Assembly (NCBI GenBank): GCA_021736575.1
Contig: JAIPFP010000002.1
Location: forward strand, 6,433-70,432
Source: Pirellula sp.
GTDB taxonomy: Bacteria; Planctomycetota; Planctomycetia; Pirellulales; Pirellulaceae
Direction of reading: 5' to 3'
DNA: 64,000 bases
Of the stretch, positions 21,001 to 33,000 are shown one piece after another. Numbering within the stretch: position 1 is the first letter of the stretch; every line of letters begins with the position of its first letter. Position numbers and translations under genes: made by a program. A model generated the notes under the pieces. That model was given only the letters and a program-made list of their open reading frames with translations, was not told where the DNA came from and searched no databases.

Positions 21001-24000
21001 TAGGAGTCGGATTCCCATCTTGCTCCGCACTGATATCGGTACCAAGCCGCAAAGCCGTTGCATTGGAAACATGGCGTGCTCCATCAAATGCTTGCGAGGT
21101 TGGGTAACGCCCCGGAGTTGTCGAAACAGGATCTGGTGCATCGCCGAAGTCCAACTGCGCACCTGGCATCAAGATCGAAAACTGCGTTTCATTATTGATT
21201 CGATTGGGTTGTAAATCATTCCCTGCCAAATCCTCGATGGCTCGTTGGAAGAAATTCGGGACCGGCGAATCGATGGAGATCGCATTCTCAACAAACAGCG
21301 TGCTACCGCCGCGTTTCTTAGCAAACAAGGATGTGTTGGGTGCCGAGTTGATCGCCTTGATAATCGAATCTCGCATCAATTCTGCCGTGAAAACAACATC
21401 CTGCAGGAACAGGATCGGTGTCGCACCACCCGGTACGCCTGAAACCTCAATGCTAGTCCCGTTGTTCACCAAGGTGTACTGCGGATTATCCAATAACTTG
21501 AGCACCGAGTCCGAAATAACCTGTGTTTGCAATCCAAGTCCCGATGCTTCAATCGCGGCCTTCATCGCGTCAATGACTTCTCTTCTCGTGCTCGACGAGC
21601 GGAAGAATATGGGCACGCGACCAGCCGTAAAACCATTGTTGTTCGTTGCGTTCTCGAACTCAAAGGTCACTGTTGTCGTCCCATTGTTGATCGAGAAGTA
21701 CTGTCCATCGTCGACGCTGCTACGCGACTGCCTAATCGCCGAAGTGTTGCTGACAACCGTAGAATCTGGAACCGGGCCCAGATCTATGAAAGGCCCTCCA
21801 ACGCTCTTCGCAACAAGTCCGAGACCGGACGCGTTGATGACATTGATCATTGCCTGCACGATATTCGGAACCGTGCTTGAGGGGTTGAACCGGACCACAA
21901 CACTGTTCGGCACAGTCGACCCGCTGGAGTTGCCATCAAACTCGATCAGCAACGTCACGCCATTGTTAGTCAAGGTTAGAAAAGTATTGTCCTGTAAATC
22001 TTGTCCAACAATCGGTGGCACCTCTAACAACAACGAACCGACGATCGTCAACGTCGTGTTGGTCGCCACGCCTGGCTTTCCAAACAATCCGATACTCGGA
22101 GCGGTCGTTGCATTGATGGAATGCTGTTCCGTTCCACCGATGGCGATGTTGCCGTCGTCAATGTGCTTTGGGTCCAAATTCAAGCCAGCGTTCTTGATGG
22201 TCAGCGCGACCAAAGCCCCCAACTGATCTTGGGTGTCCGTCTGTTTGAACGAAATGGGGATGTTGCCAGGCTTTACATTCGTGTCCGGATCAAGCGTAAA
22301 TTCAAACGTCTTGGTGATGCCGCCAAAAGAGATTGTAAATTGTTCGCCGTCAGCAATCGTGCGTGAAACTCCCACTAGGCTTAGTTTGGAATTCAAAAGA
22401 TTAACGGAGCCCGAGGGTGACAGGCCAAGATGCACCACGTCTGAACCCATGATTCGCGGCTGCAATTTAAGACCACTAGCGACAATCGATTGAACCAAAA
22501 GATTGGCAATGTCGTTTGCGTTGCTGGCTTGCGAGGAATCAATTCGGAAGTTGGCTGGATCGAACCTACCATCGGTATCAAATTCAAACACAATCGCGAC
22601 GCGACCGTCACTGATCGAAACGAGCTGTCCATCCGTAACACCTCCCACGCCCGCACCCAAATTCGGAACCAGCAACCCATCCGTTTGAATCGGTTGTGTC
22701 AGGGCGGAAAGAGCGGTGTTGACGCGTGTGTTCGCAGCCGCACCCAGGTAAACATTGCCACCTGGTTGGACGACAGGCTTGACCGCGAGCGCGGTCTTTT
22801 GAATGGCTGCCGCAATCGTATTGGCAATTTCCTCACGCGAGGATGTTTTGCTGAAAACGACGGGGATATTTCCAGCGAGGAAATTGGAATTGTTGTCCAG
22901 TTCGAAGGTCACTTGGAGGGTGCCCTGCGTAATCGTGAATCGATCGCCATCCACAACACCGCCAGCTTGTCCACCTGCCAAGGGCACCTGTATTTTCAGA
23001 CCCTGCGGAATCTGCAATCGGTAGCCACTTTCGAACTCGAAGTTGACATTGCCACCCAGGCTATCTCGAATAACCATGCGATCGCCATCCTGGATCGTGT
23101 CGCCGGATGGAGCGACCAAAACGAAGCGGTCCTTGTTGTTCAAAAGAATATCATAGACGCGATCGTTCTTCCAAACACCCGCCAGTGGAGTGAGGATGAT
23201 TTCGTTGCGTGTCGTATCGTACGCAAATCGGTAATCGATCCCCTCCACAAGTAATCGTCCGTTTTCGAACAAGACCACCGAAGCTCCAACAGCTCGAACG
23301 CCACTTACCTCCGGAGTTACTACCGAATCATCGTTGACACCAATGCCTCCGAAGGTCTCATCGGAATCACGTAATTGAATGCGAAACTCAGAATAAACAC
23401 CACTCGTCAGCTGGACAACCGACACGGCGGAATCTTTATCAACACCGAGGGCATCATTGTCCAGAGGATTGACCAACACGGCCGTTGGGCCAAGGAAGTC
23501 TGCCCGATCCAATGCTCCGCGATCCTTAAACACATTTTGCCCCAAACCGCTTGGTGGCGACACGGTTGGATCATCCACTCTCAATTGGCCAACAGCATCA
23601 CGGTCTGGCGCGATCACCGGCGAAACCGAAATCCCAACGGATTTCTTGACGTTCGCAAACAAAGGTCGCTCAGGCAACGAATCGATACCGCTATCGATCA
23701 AGATCGAACCAGCTGCTGGCAGGTATTGCCCCGCCTGTGCGTTGACAAAAAGTCTCGCACTGTCCGCCACGTCGAAATTGAAGTCCAACGCAGTATTCGG
23801 AATGTTCGTCGGGACTTTCTCGATTCCAGTGGTGAACCGTACTTTGGAAGCAGCCGGTTCATCAAACTGGTAGACCGATCCGCCCAATATCACTTCGCTC
23901 GGCTTCGAAACGACCGTCTCACCGTCGAAGCCATAAGGTGCAAAACCACCTGTGAACGGCCCAACCACTGGATAACGTCGCGATTCCTCTTTGATGACTG

Positions 24001-27000
24001 GAGATTGAAGGTTAAAGAAGACGTTGTTCAGAATCGTGGGACTCGCCCCGCGTGACGCGAGAATTCCCGTTTCTGGCAACAGCGAATCCAAGTTATTCCC
24101 TTCGTTTTCATCTGGACTAACGATCACAGTATTGTTGCCCGTAATCCAGGCCGCGTTCTTGACCACCACGAACTTTTCCGAAGTTCCATCGCCAATCGAC
24201 GTAAGAGAGATCGGAGTTGTCGACAATCGATCGTGACCAAACCCCATATTGGACAAGCTGGTCACACTGAGGAACGGAGGCAAATTGTTGACGACAGTCG
24301 TCGTGAAAGTGATGAACCCATCCAGGCGTCGCGTGAATACCCGAAGGCCCTGGTTGACTTCCGTATAGTCTCCACCCAATTGCCGACGAATTTCACGAGG
24401 GCTGACCGCATCGGTCCCTAGTTCGTCCAGTTGACCCAAACGTTCAATCAGTGGAGCCTTATCGCCCACAATGGAATTGAAATCAGCATCCACAATGTTC
24501 GCTAAGCCGCCCATTGCACGAGCATGCACAGCCGGCAACGGACTGGCCGTTCCAAACTGGCCATTCGGCAATCGCTGTGCATTGCTGACGGCTGGACCGC
24601 CTGCTAGCCCCTCATTGATCGCCTTAGCGATCGCTCGGGCAACGTCCGGGAATCGCCAGCCCGGGTTGAGATTAATTGGGATGTTACCCTGTGCAACTTG
24701 GCCACCGATACCGAAGGTGAATTCGAAGGTGCGCCCAGTGGTCACTTGGCCGTCAAGATCCGGCACGCCATGGATCGTAAATGTTTCACCCGCTCGGTAT
24801 GCAGATGCATCTTCTGCAGTGATTACGAAGTCCTGCTGGTGCCGAGCACTCAGCGTAACTCGATAGGCACCGGTCGTTTTTCCAGCCTTTCGATTGGCTA
24901 ACGAAAGTGGATCATAAGTTGAGTTACCGACCGAACTCACGGCAGCATAGTAAACCCCCGGTGCAGTCGCGGTGAAGTCTGCGTAGGAATCCAAGCTCAC
25001 TAACTCGCCTGGTGCAGCATCGTTATCACTTGCCAATAACGAAATTCCGTTGGCATTCAAGAACGTTTGCGGAACGCCACGGCTATCGAAAATTTGCAAG
25101 ACTGAATCAAGTCCACTGTTGGCCGAATCGATGTCGATAATCGCTCGTTCGCCAATTCCAAGTTTGAATTGATAGATGTCAACATCCGAGGTTGACAGCA
25201 GTTTGCCTAGCCCAGCGTTCAACACGAAAACCGACTTGGCCGCATTCAAACGCGCCCCAGAAAGGACAACGCCGGTCAAGTTAGGCAGTGGATGCGCACC
25301 AAGCAAGACAGCCGACTTCAACTGAGCAACGCTTGCCCCCGGAAGGGAACTTGCCAAGAGCGCAACTACGCCAGCCACGTGCGGCGACGCCATGGATGTT
25401 CCGCTCTGGAGTCCATAACCACCACCGAGGGTCGTGCTCAAGATGTTCACACCGGGAGCTGCGATATCGACAGTCGTCACGCCAAAATTCGAGAAGTTCG
25501 CCAATTGATCTCGGTCATCGGTGGCTGCAACCGCAATAATTCCATCGAGCGGGAAACCAACCGGATAAAATGGTTGCTGATCGTTATTTGTCCCGTTGTT
25601 TCCAGCCGCCGCCACGAATGCAATGCCGACGTCAATGGTCGCTTGAACTGCATCTTGGAAGGCTTGCGAAAATCCTGGTCCGCCGTAACTGTTATTGCTG
25701 ACAACAATATTGATGCCATACTTGGTCTTCATCGTAACCAAATAGTTCAAGGATTCGATCGCGGCCAAGAACGAAACGCTCGGACCAGCAGCACCGATCT
25801 TGAGCGCCATGATCTTGGAGTTCCAGTTGACCCCGGTGACTCCTCTACCGTTGTTCCCAACCGCCGCCGTCGTACCCGCGACGTGCGTGCCGTGACCGTT
25901 CTGATCCAACGGATCCGAATCGCCCGAGAATGGGTCAATACCGTAAATGTCATCGATGTAACCGTTGGCATCGTTGTCAATTCCATCCCCAGCGATCTCG
26001 CCTGGGTTGACCCACATGTTGGCACGCAGATCCGTGTGATTGTAGTCAACTCCTGAGTCGATAATTGCAATCACAGTCTGAGTCGAACCAGTGACCAAAT
26101 CCCATGCCTCTGGCGCATCGATGTCTGCATCGATTTTTCCGCCCGTTTGACCTTGATTATCGTACTGCCACTGTTGCGGGTACTGTGGATCGTTTGGTAC
26201 ACGATCAAACTGCATATCCATATCCGGCTCGGCGTACCGAATTTCTGGCATCGCGACTAATCGCTGCAGTCCATCTACTGTTAAAACATTCTTTGTTTTT
26301 CGCACCAGCAAGGCATTAATAAAATCATAACGCTGAATGATTTCAAGCCCTTCGGCCGCCATGATCGCTGCTTGACGCTCAGGGGTCACCCCATCCTCAA
26401 ATCTCATGACGAACCGATTGGAACTGAGATTTGCTAACGTGAAGTTGAAACTGCCGCCCGTTCCTCCGCCGCCGTTCCCTGTCGCCGGATTGTTTCCGGC
26501 GATACCCACGCCAGAGTCACCGATGATTCCAACATCGCTATAGAACAACGGGTTGTGCGAGGTTCCTTGCCACGTTTGCACTGCTGTGTCCAAAGTGTCG
26601 TTGGTTTCGGCTGCCGCCGCTCCACCGTTGAAACTTGCGCGACCGTCCTTGCCGATGATCGTGTTGTTCACGATTCGGGTTTGTGGTTGCGGCGATTCGC
26701 CCAATGGAAGTCGACGGATATCTAATCTGTTTGAAAATCCGCCAGGTCCATCCACGAACTCCAGCGCCGTGGGGCCTTCTAGATACAAAGATGCTCGATT
26801 GAAATACTCGGGATAAAAATTTCCCGCGCTCGATGGCGGAGCGCCTGGATCAGGACCAAGCAAACTCTGAGCAATGGTCGCTTGAATGATCTGAGTGGTT
26901 CCATTGGAAACAAAGATGCTTCCCAAGATAGAATCTCGCAAGGCATGCATTGTCTCAAATGCATTGGTCGCAAATGGCTGGCAGTTGGTGCAAGTCAGTC

Positions 27001-30000
27001 GTTGATAGAAGCTTCCACCCAGGTCGCGATACCATGCGATGGTACTGTCAAGGGCAACTCCGTTGCCCTCCACTTGAGTGCTACCTCCAGCGCCGGCTGG
27101 ACCTCCAGCAAGATCGTCGAATTCGAATCGCAACCGTGTTCGGTCGGAATCGATGACCAGCACATCACCATCATCGATATAAGTGCCAAAGTGCGTGACT
27201 GGCGCATCGCTGTTGACAAGTGGGTTGTTATCTGCGGTCGGGATCAGTTGTGGCGTGATCATCCATATTGGATTCTCCCCGTTGATCTTGACTCCTCCGA
27301 GTCCACCTTCTTCAAGAACGTTGTTTTGAATCACAACACCCGATACTAAACCACCTGGAACGCTATTGTTGAGCGCGGGTAGATTGCGCACCGCTTGAGT
27401 CCCTGCGAGCGAGGGCTTCGCTTGAATGTCGTCGACTAAGTTAAATCCGCCGAAATTGCCCCCGTTAAAGCCAAACGTGTTGCCCGCGTCTTCCGTGTCG
27501 CGAGGATCCGCCATCCTTGCCGCTGGCTCGGACCAAATCGCATAGTCGCGAGAATTGCGAATGAAGCTATTCTGAACGATCAACTGCCCTTGATCACGCG
27601 TGACGTTGCGGTCGCCGATGCCTGAATACGAAATCACTTGAACCATGCCAGCTGGCTTGGCGGACGTGACCTGCTTGACGGCCGCGTTGCCAATCAAGTT
27701 GATACGCGTATCTCTGCCCGTTGTCCCGGTTGCAATGCCACTGGATGTGGCTGCGCTGACTCGCAATCGCGATTGAACGTTCGGGTTGTTGATTGCGTCG
27801 CGAATCGCTCTCGCCACTACGTAAGCCGGATCCGCAGGTGTGAATCGAACCGGTACATTTCCGGACGCTACGACGTTGTCAACAGAAAACTCAAAACCAA
27901 TTCGCGTACCACCGTCGGAAATCTCAAAGACATCTCCATCCGTTAGATTGGTACCAGCGGGTGCAACAATCGAAATCTGTTCCGTAAATCGATCGTTGGT
28001 ATCAAAAGTCTTGGTGAGCGTTGGTGTCCCACTTGAATTGGACGTAAAGAAATTTTCCCCAAGTCGTACTTCCAACTGATAGGCACCGCGCGTAATCGTG
28101 GTGGACGGAACCGGCACGTTCACAAACGTTGGATTCGGCTCGCCTGAGAAGATTCGGGACCCATCGGCCAGTTCCATGGTTACCGCCCCGATTCGCACGC
28201 GACCATTGGCGTCACCGCGTGAACGGAAAACGACAGACAGCCCAGCTTGGCCAGCATACTGGGACACATCAATGGAGGCTCGTTGTGGTGAGCCGGCAGT
28301 CAGCAAAACGACGTTCCCTGGTCGATTGACATTGTCGGTCGTCGCAATTCTTTGCAGGCCGAACGGCGACTGCATAAATACGTCCAACTGTCCTGTAAAG
28401 ACTTCGTAGTCAAACGCCACTCTCGGTCCATCGGCAAACGTATAAGTCGCCAAGGAGAACGTCCGAGTTGAATTCTGCGACAATGGGCCCGGTGGAGTCG
28501 CATTGAAATCACCAAACAAGTTCATGCCAGGTGACAAAACAGGTTCGTCTGGCGTTCCCACTCTCTCACCGCGTTCGGCGAAACCGATAATGACATTGGT
28601 GATCGTTGTCGCAGCTTGTGTGCTGCGGAAAATCATAGTCAGCCCATCTTGTCCCGCGAACTGATTGAGAGGGATCTTCAGCGAATTAGTCCCTGTTTGA
28701 AGCGTTCCTCCAAATTGGGATCTCGCGACCTCAGTCTCGACTCCCGCTGAATCCCTAATGGAAATGCTGAAGTTCCCACCTGGGAAATCATAGTCGATGT
28801 AGGTTGCCGGTTGGTCGGCAGCGGAATAAGCACCCAGGTTAAAGACCTTGGAGATCAACTCACCGGTCGGTCCAATGCTCGCATTTGGCTGCGGCAAAAA
28901 GTTACGGATCACTGGCGGCAACGCGGTGGTCGCCCCAGCTACGAAATCCTCGTCGACAATTCGGAGTATCGAGCTGATGGGCTCCGTATTGAATTGGTTG
29001 ATGATCCGAGTGCGCGGTTGATACCCTGCCGACGAAATCGCGACCAAATACGTCCCTTCGGCCAGCGCCACAGGTCCGATCGAGGCATCTTTCGTTCCCA
29101 AGGAACCACGCGAAAGATCCGAAGCGTCGTTGACCAACAACGGTCGTGCTTGATCGTCGGCGATATTGCTCGAATCACCTGAGTAGATCAACCGATACTG
29201 TTTTCCAAATCGAAGCGAATTTTCTTCGATGAAAACATTGATCGACGTATCGGGTCGGTTCAGTCCATCCGCGTAATCCATATCAAACATGACCGAAGCA
29301 AAACCTCCGCTCATGCTGCCGACGATATCTTGCTGACGAATATCAAGTCGATAAAAATCCACATCGGTATTTGTACTGAGCGAGCCTGCTAGGCTGATTC
29401 CGCCATTGGCAGTGTTCAATAGATTGCCAATGTACTGCGGACGATTGCCGACCGTGAGTTGGCCAACCGCCGTTCCATTGTATGCCGTCAGTTCTGCATT
29501 GCTGTTGGTGCGGAAATTGTTCGCTGAGTCGACATACTCAACACTCTCATCTTCGGCCGCTTCTCCAATCAAAGGGGAAGACGTTGGCAACCCTCGCAGG
29601 TGCACTCCGTTGGTGGAGTAACGAATATCCGTATAACTAACTAACGAGCCGGCAAATTCTTGTTGTTCTCGCAGTCGAAGCTGAGCTTGATAGGGTCCAG
29701 AACTCAGTCCAGCCTTTTCGTTAGCGATGTCGGTTCCCGCACTGCGCAATCGGAAATAGAATGTTCCGCGAGCACCAATCGAGCCCGGCAAAACGATCCG
29801 CATCCCCGCGTCTCGAACATTCGTCGTCCCATCTTCCTTAACCAACCCGCTTCGATTCGTTCGCACATTCGTGGTACGCACGGGCAACGGATTGACACTG
29901 CTCGGATCGATCAGCGGAGACCGGACGAGCAACGCTGGAACAAGCGTTTCTTCGGTGCTGTTATCGCTGCGGGCCAAAAGAGTGCCATTCGCATCAAGGA

Positions 30001-33000
30001 GCTCGATAACCGTGTCTAGATTTGTCTTGGTATAGTCGACATCCAGCCAAACCTCAGTCCCTGCTTCGGCCGAAAAACTGTAGATATCCACGTCCTCATC
30101 TTGGCTCAGCACACCCTGGATCACGAAGCCCAGCCGGAGGTTTTCGCTACCCGACGAGGCGGTGGCAGCCAAGCTTCCAAGGCCTTGCGCCGTGCGAATC
30201 GAACCATTCGTGCCAGGGGCCGCAGCCGAAATATCCTCGGTTTCCAATACGAGTCCAACATTGCGATCGTTGGAGTACTGATCAAGCAATACACCGCGCC
30301 AATCGGAACTGCTTGGAACAGAACCAATACCATCATTATTCGTGTCGTTTTGCGATCGTCCGTCCGGACGCAAGCCTGCTCCGACGGTATCATCCTTCAA
30401 GCTCGTCAAGATCACCGGGAAGCCTGGTTGGCCCACCAGGTGCAACGTGCCGCCGACTCGATTGTTGCCCGGCATCAACTGGCCATTGCCGGTGATTCCC
30501 GCGCCCATGTTGCGATTGTAGTTCGAACCATATCCATCGAACTTGACGACCAGCGATTCATCGGTGGCGCTCTGCAAGCGCAAGCCCCCCTCGTGCTGAT
30601 AGTCCCCAACAAAGATCCCATCATACACAGCGTGAACAATGTCGGTATCGTCCCATACGCTGGCGTTGGTCAAGGTATCTCCGCGGATCTTCAAACCGTT
30701 AAGGCCGTTATTCGCGAATCGGTTTTCGCGAATCAATGGACCTTGGTTCGTAGAATAAATTGGATTGATGTCAACATCTCCAGTCTGCCTTCCCGAATCC
30801 GGCATCACATGATCATTCATGCTGTTCGCATCGATATCAATCGCAGCGCCGATGTTGTTCCGGAACACATTGCCAAGGATCGTTGGCTGCGTCCCACGGA
30901 CGAATATCGTAGCTGGCTCGTTGAGCAATCGACCGAATCGAGTTCCCGGCCCCTGACCACCAAAACCATCGGCGTTGTTTTCGAAAACCGAATGCGCGAT
31001 GCGTGCATCGGCTTGTTGAAGTTCAATTGTATTAAAGGCTCGGAACGTACCGTCCAACCTGGTCACACCTCCAGCGAAAGCAAAAGTCGAATGGTCGACG
31101 CTCAGAGATGCAGTTGGCGCGACGTAAATGCCACCCCAATCGCGTGCTGCCGGAAGAGTGCTCGTCCCGTTATTGTTGGTGTCAAACGTACCGCCAGCAC
31201 CGTACCGATCATCCAACTTGCTAGTAAAGATAATCGGCAAATCCTCGGTACCTTCGGCGATGATGCGAGTACCAAAGGTAGCCTCAATACGCGAGCCTTC
31301 CAACTTCAAAACGCTACCCGGATCGATCACCAAGGATGAATTTAAACGAGGTCGCTTGACAGCCAGTGACTCAGGCGAAAGCGCGGCACCCGTAACGAAA
31401 CCATTGTCCGTCAGCGAGGCGAGGTTGGACATCGTTGCGTTCGGCAACTCGGCGATCAACGAATAAGGTCCCGAGCCATTGTTCGCGCTTCGATAGACGC
31501 GTCGGGCCACATAACCCGGAATAGGTTGCGGCAGTTGCGTTAACACAACCGATTGACCAATTGGTATGACAATGTCGTTGGTCGGATTGGATGCAAGCCC
31601 TTCTTGTCCAGCCGCGTCGACCATTACGAAGCGGTAATTGTATCGGCCGGCGGCCAATGTCCCACCCGCGGAATTTGCAAGCAAAACCCCAGACACATCC
31701 AAGCGATCACGAGCCAGCGTGCCCCCCAAGGACTTGCCAATATCCAAGTATGTCGATGTTGCCTTGTCCAGCAACGCAATCAATTCGTACGCTCCCGTTA
31801 AGCTTACACTGCTGCGGTACAATCGGCGAGTCACAAAATCGCCTGTTGCAGACGGCAAACTGGATAACGCAATCGCGGTCTGATTCCCAACCAGAGTGAT
31901 GCTTCCCGTGGCATTGGAAGGAACGCTCTCGCTTCCATTTCGGTCGACAAACGTGAGCTTATAATTATAGATGTCTGGCAAAAGCGTTCCGCCGACCCCA
32001 GGTGCCACGGAGACCAAATCCGAAGCGGGCGTGAAACCGTCAAGAATCGAACCACCTGGCGCACCAGAGAGAATCAAGTTATCGGCAAAAACATGAACGA
32101 TGTCGATGTCGTCGAATCGCCCCGGAACAGTAAGTGTCTTCGGTGACCCGTCTACGGGCGTATCGACGCGGATGAACAACCCATTGAGCGAGTTATTGGT
32201 CAACGTGTTATGGTGGATATCTGGTCCCACTCGATCATAATCGCTGGTAAACGCGCCGCTCAGTTGGAATCTCGGTTCGTTGAAATTCGTTTCTTCGAAA
32301 CTGTTTGGAAGCGCGCTCATCGCAGCATCGGCGCTACGTGTGATTCGATTGTAAGTAATCGTTGGACGCGTTTCGAACATTTGGATTGCGTTGATGGTTT
32401 GAGCAACCCCGTCAACCACAACGCTGCCGCCGCCGTATCGTATGTCGGCATTATTGACATACTGAAGGAAAATCCCTTCGTCCTCACCATCGCGCCGACC
32501 CGAAGCGACGTCGACATCCCGTCGAAACGAAATCCCACCCCAATCCCCTGCACCGGGGATCGTTCTTGGTCCATACGTATCGAGGCCAATCGTTTCATCC
32601 AGCCAAGAGGTGAAGTAAACGCTTCCGGGGGCAACACCACCCGTAGCTTGCTTAAGCATGTTTCCGCTAGCGTCGAGCAAAGACGGCGCACCCAGAACTT
32701 GCAATGCAGCCCCGGATCGATTGACGTTCAAGCTAGAGCTACCGACACCCAGCCTCGCACTTCTAATTTTGAAAATTGCCCCCGCATCGATCATCGTGGT
32801 GACCCCCATCGGGACATCCATCGTCAAACCATCTGCGAGAACGGCTCCCGGCAAGAGACCAATTCCAATCTCGTACGCAACGTTGTCGCCAATTGTTTCC
32901 AGTCTGCCGTCGCTACCTCCGTTGCCGGCGATTCGCACGATATCACCTGGCAAGGCCGAGGCAAACGCGTTGGGGACTCCAGCCCCAGCAATATTGTTAA

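Noticed and set aside
30101-31339. Long plus-strand ORFs antisense to the giant genes (e.g. 30101..31339 412 aa, 21195..22226 343 aa, 32210..33190 326 aa, 16672..17670 332 aa, 9898..10851 317 aa, 25292..26056 254 aa).
   Set aside because: They lie entirely opposite a continuous ORF with strong domain evidence. Their translations are Arg/Ser/Cys/Trp-rich low-complexity sequence with no recognisable motifs, and many begin at non-ATG codons. They are typical shadow ORFs of a codon-biased gene.
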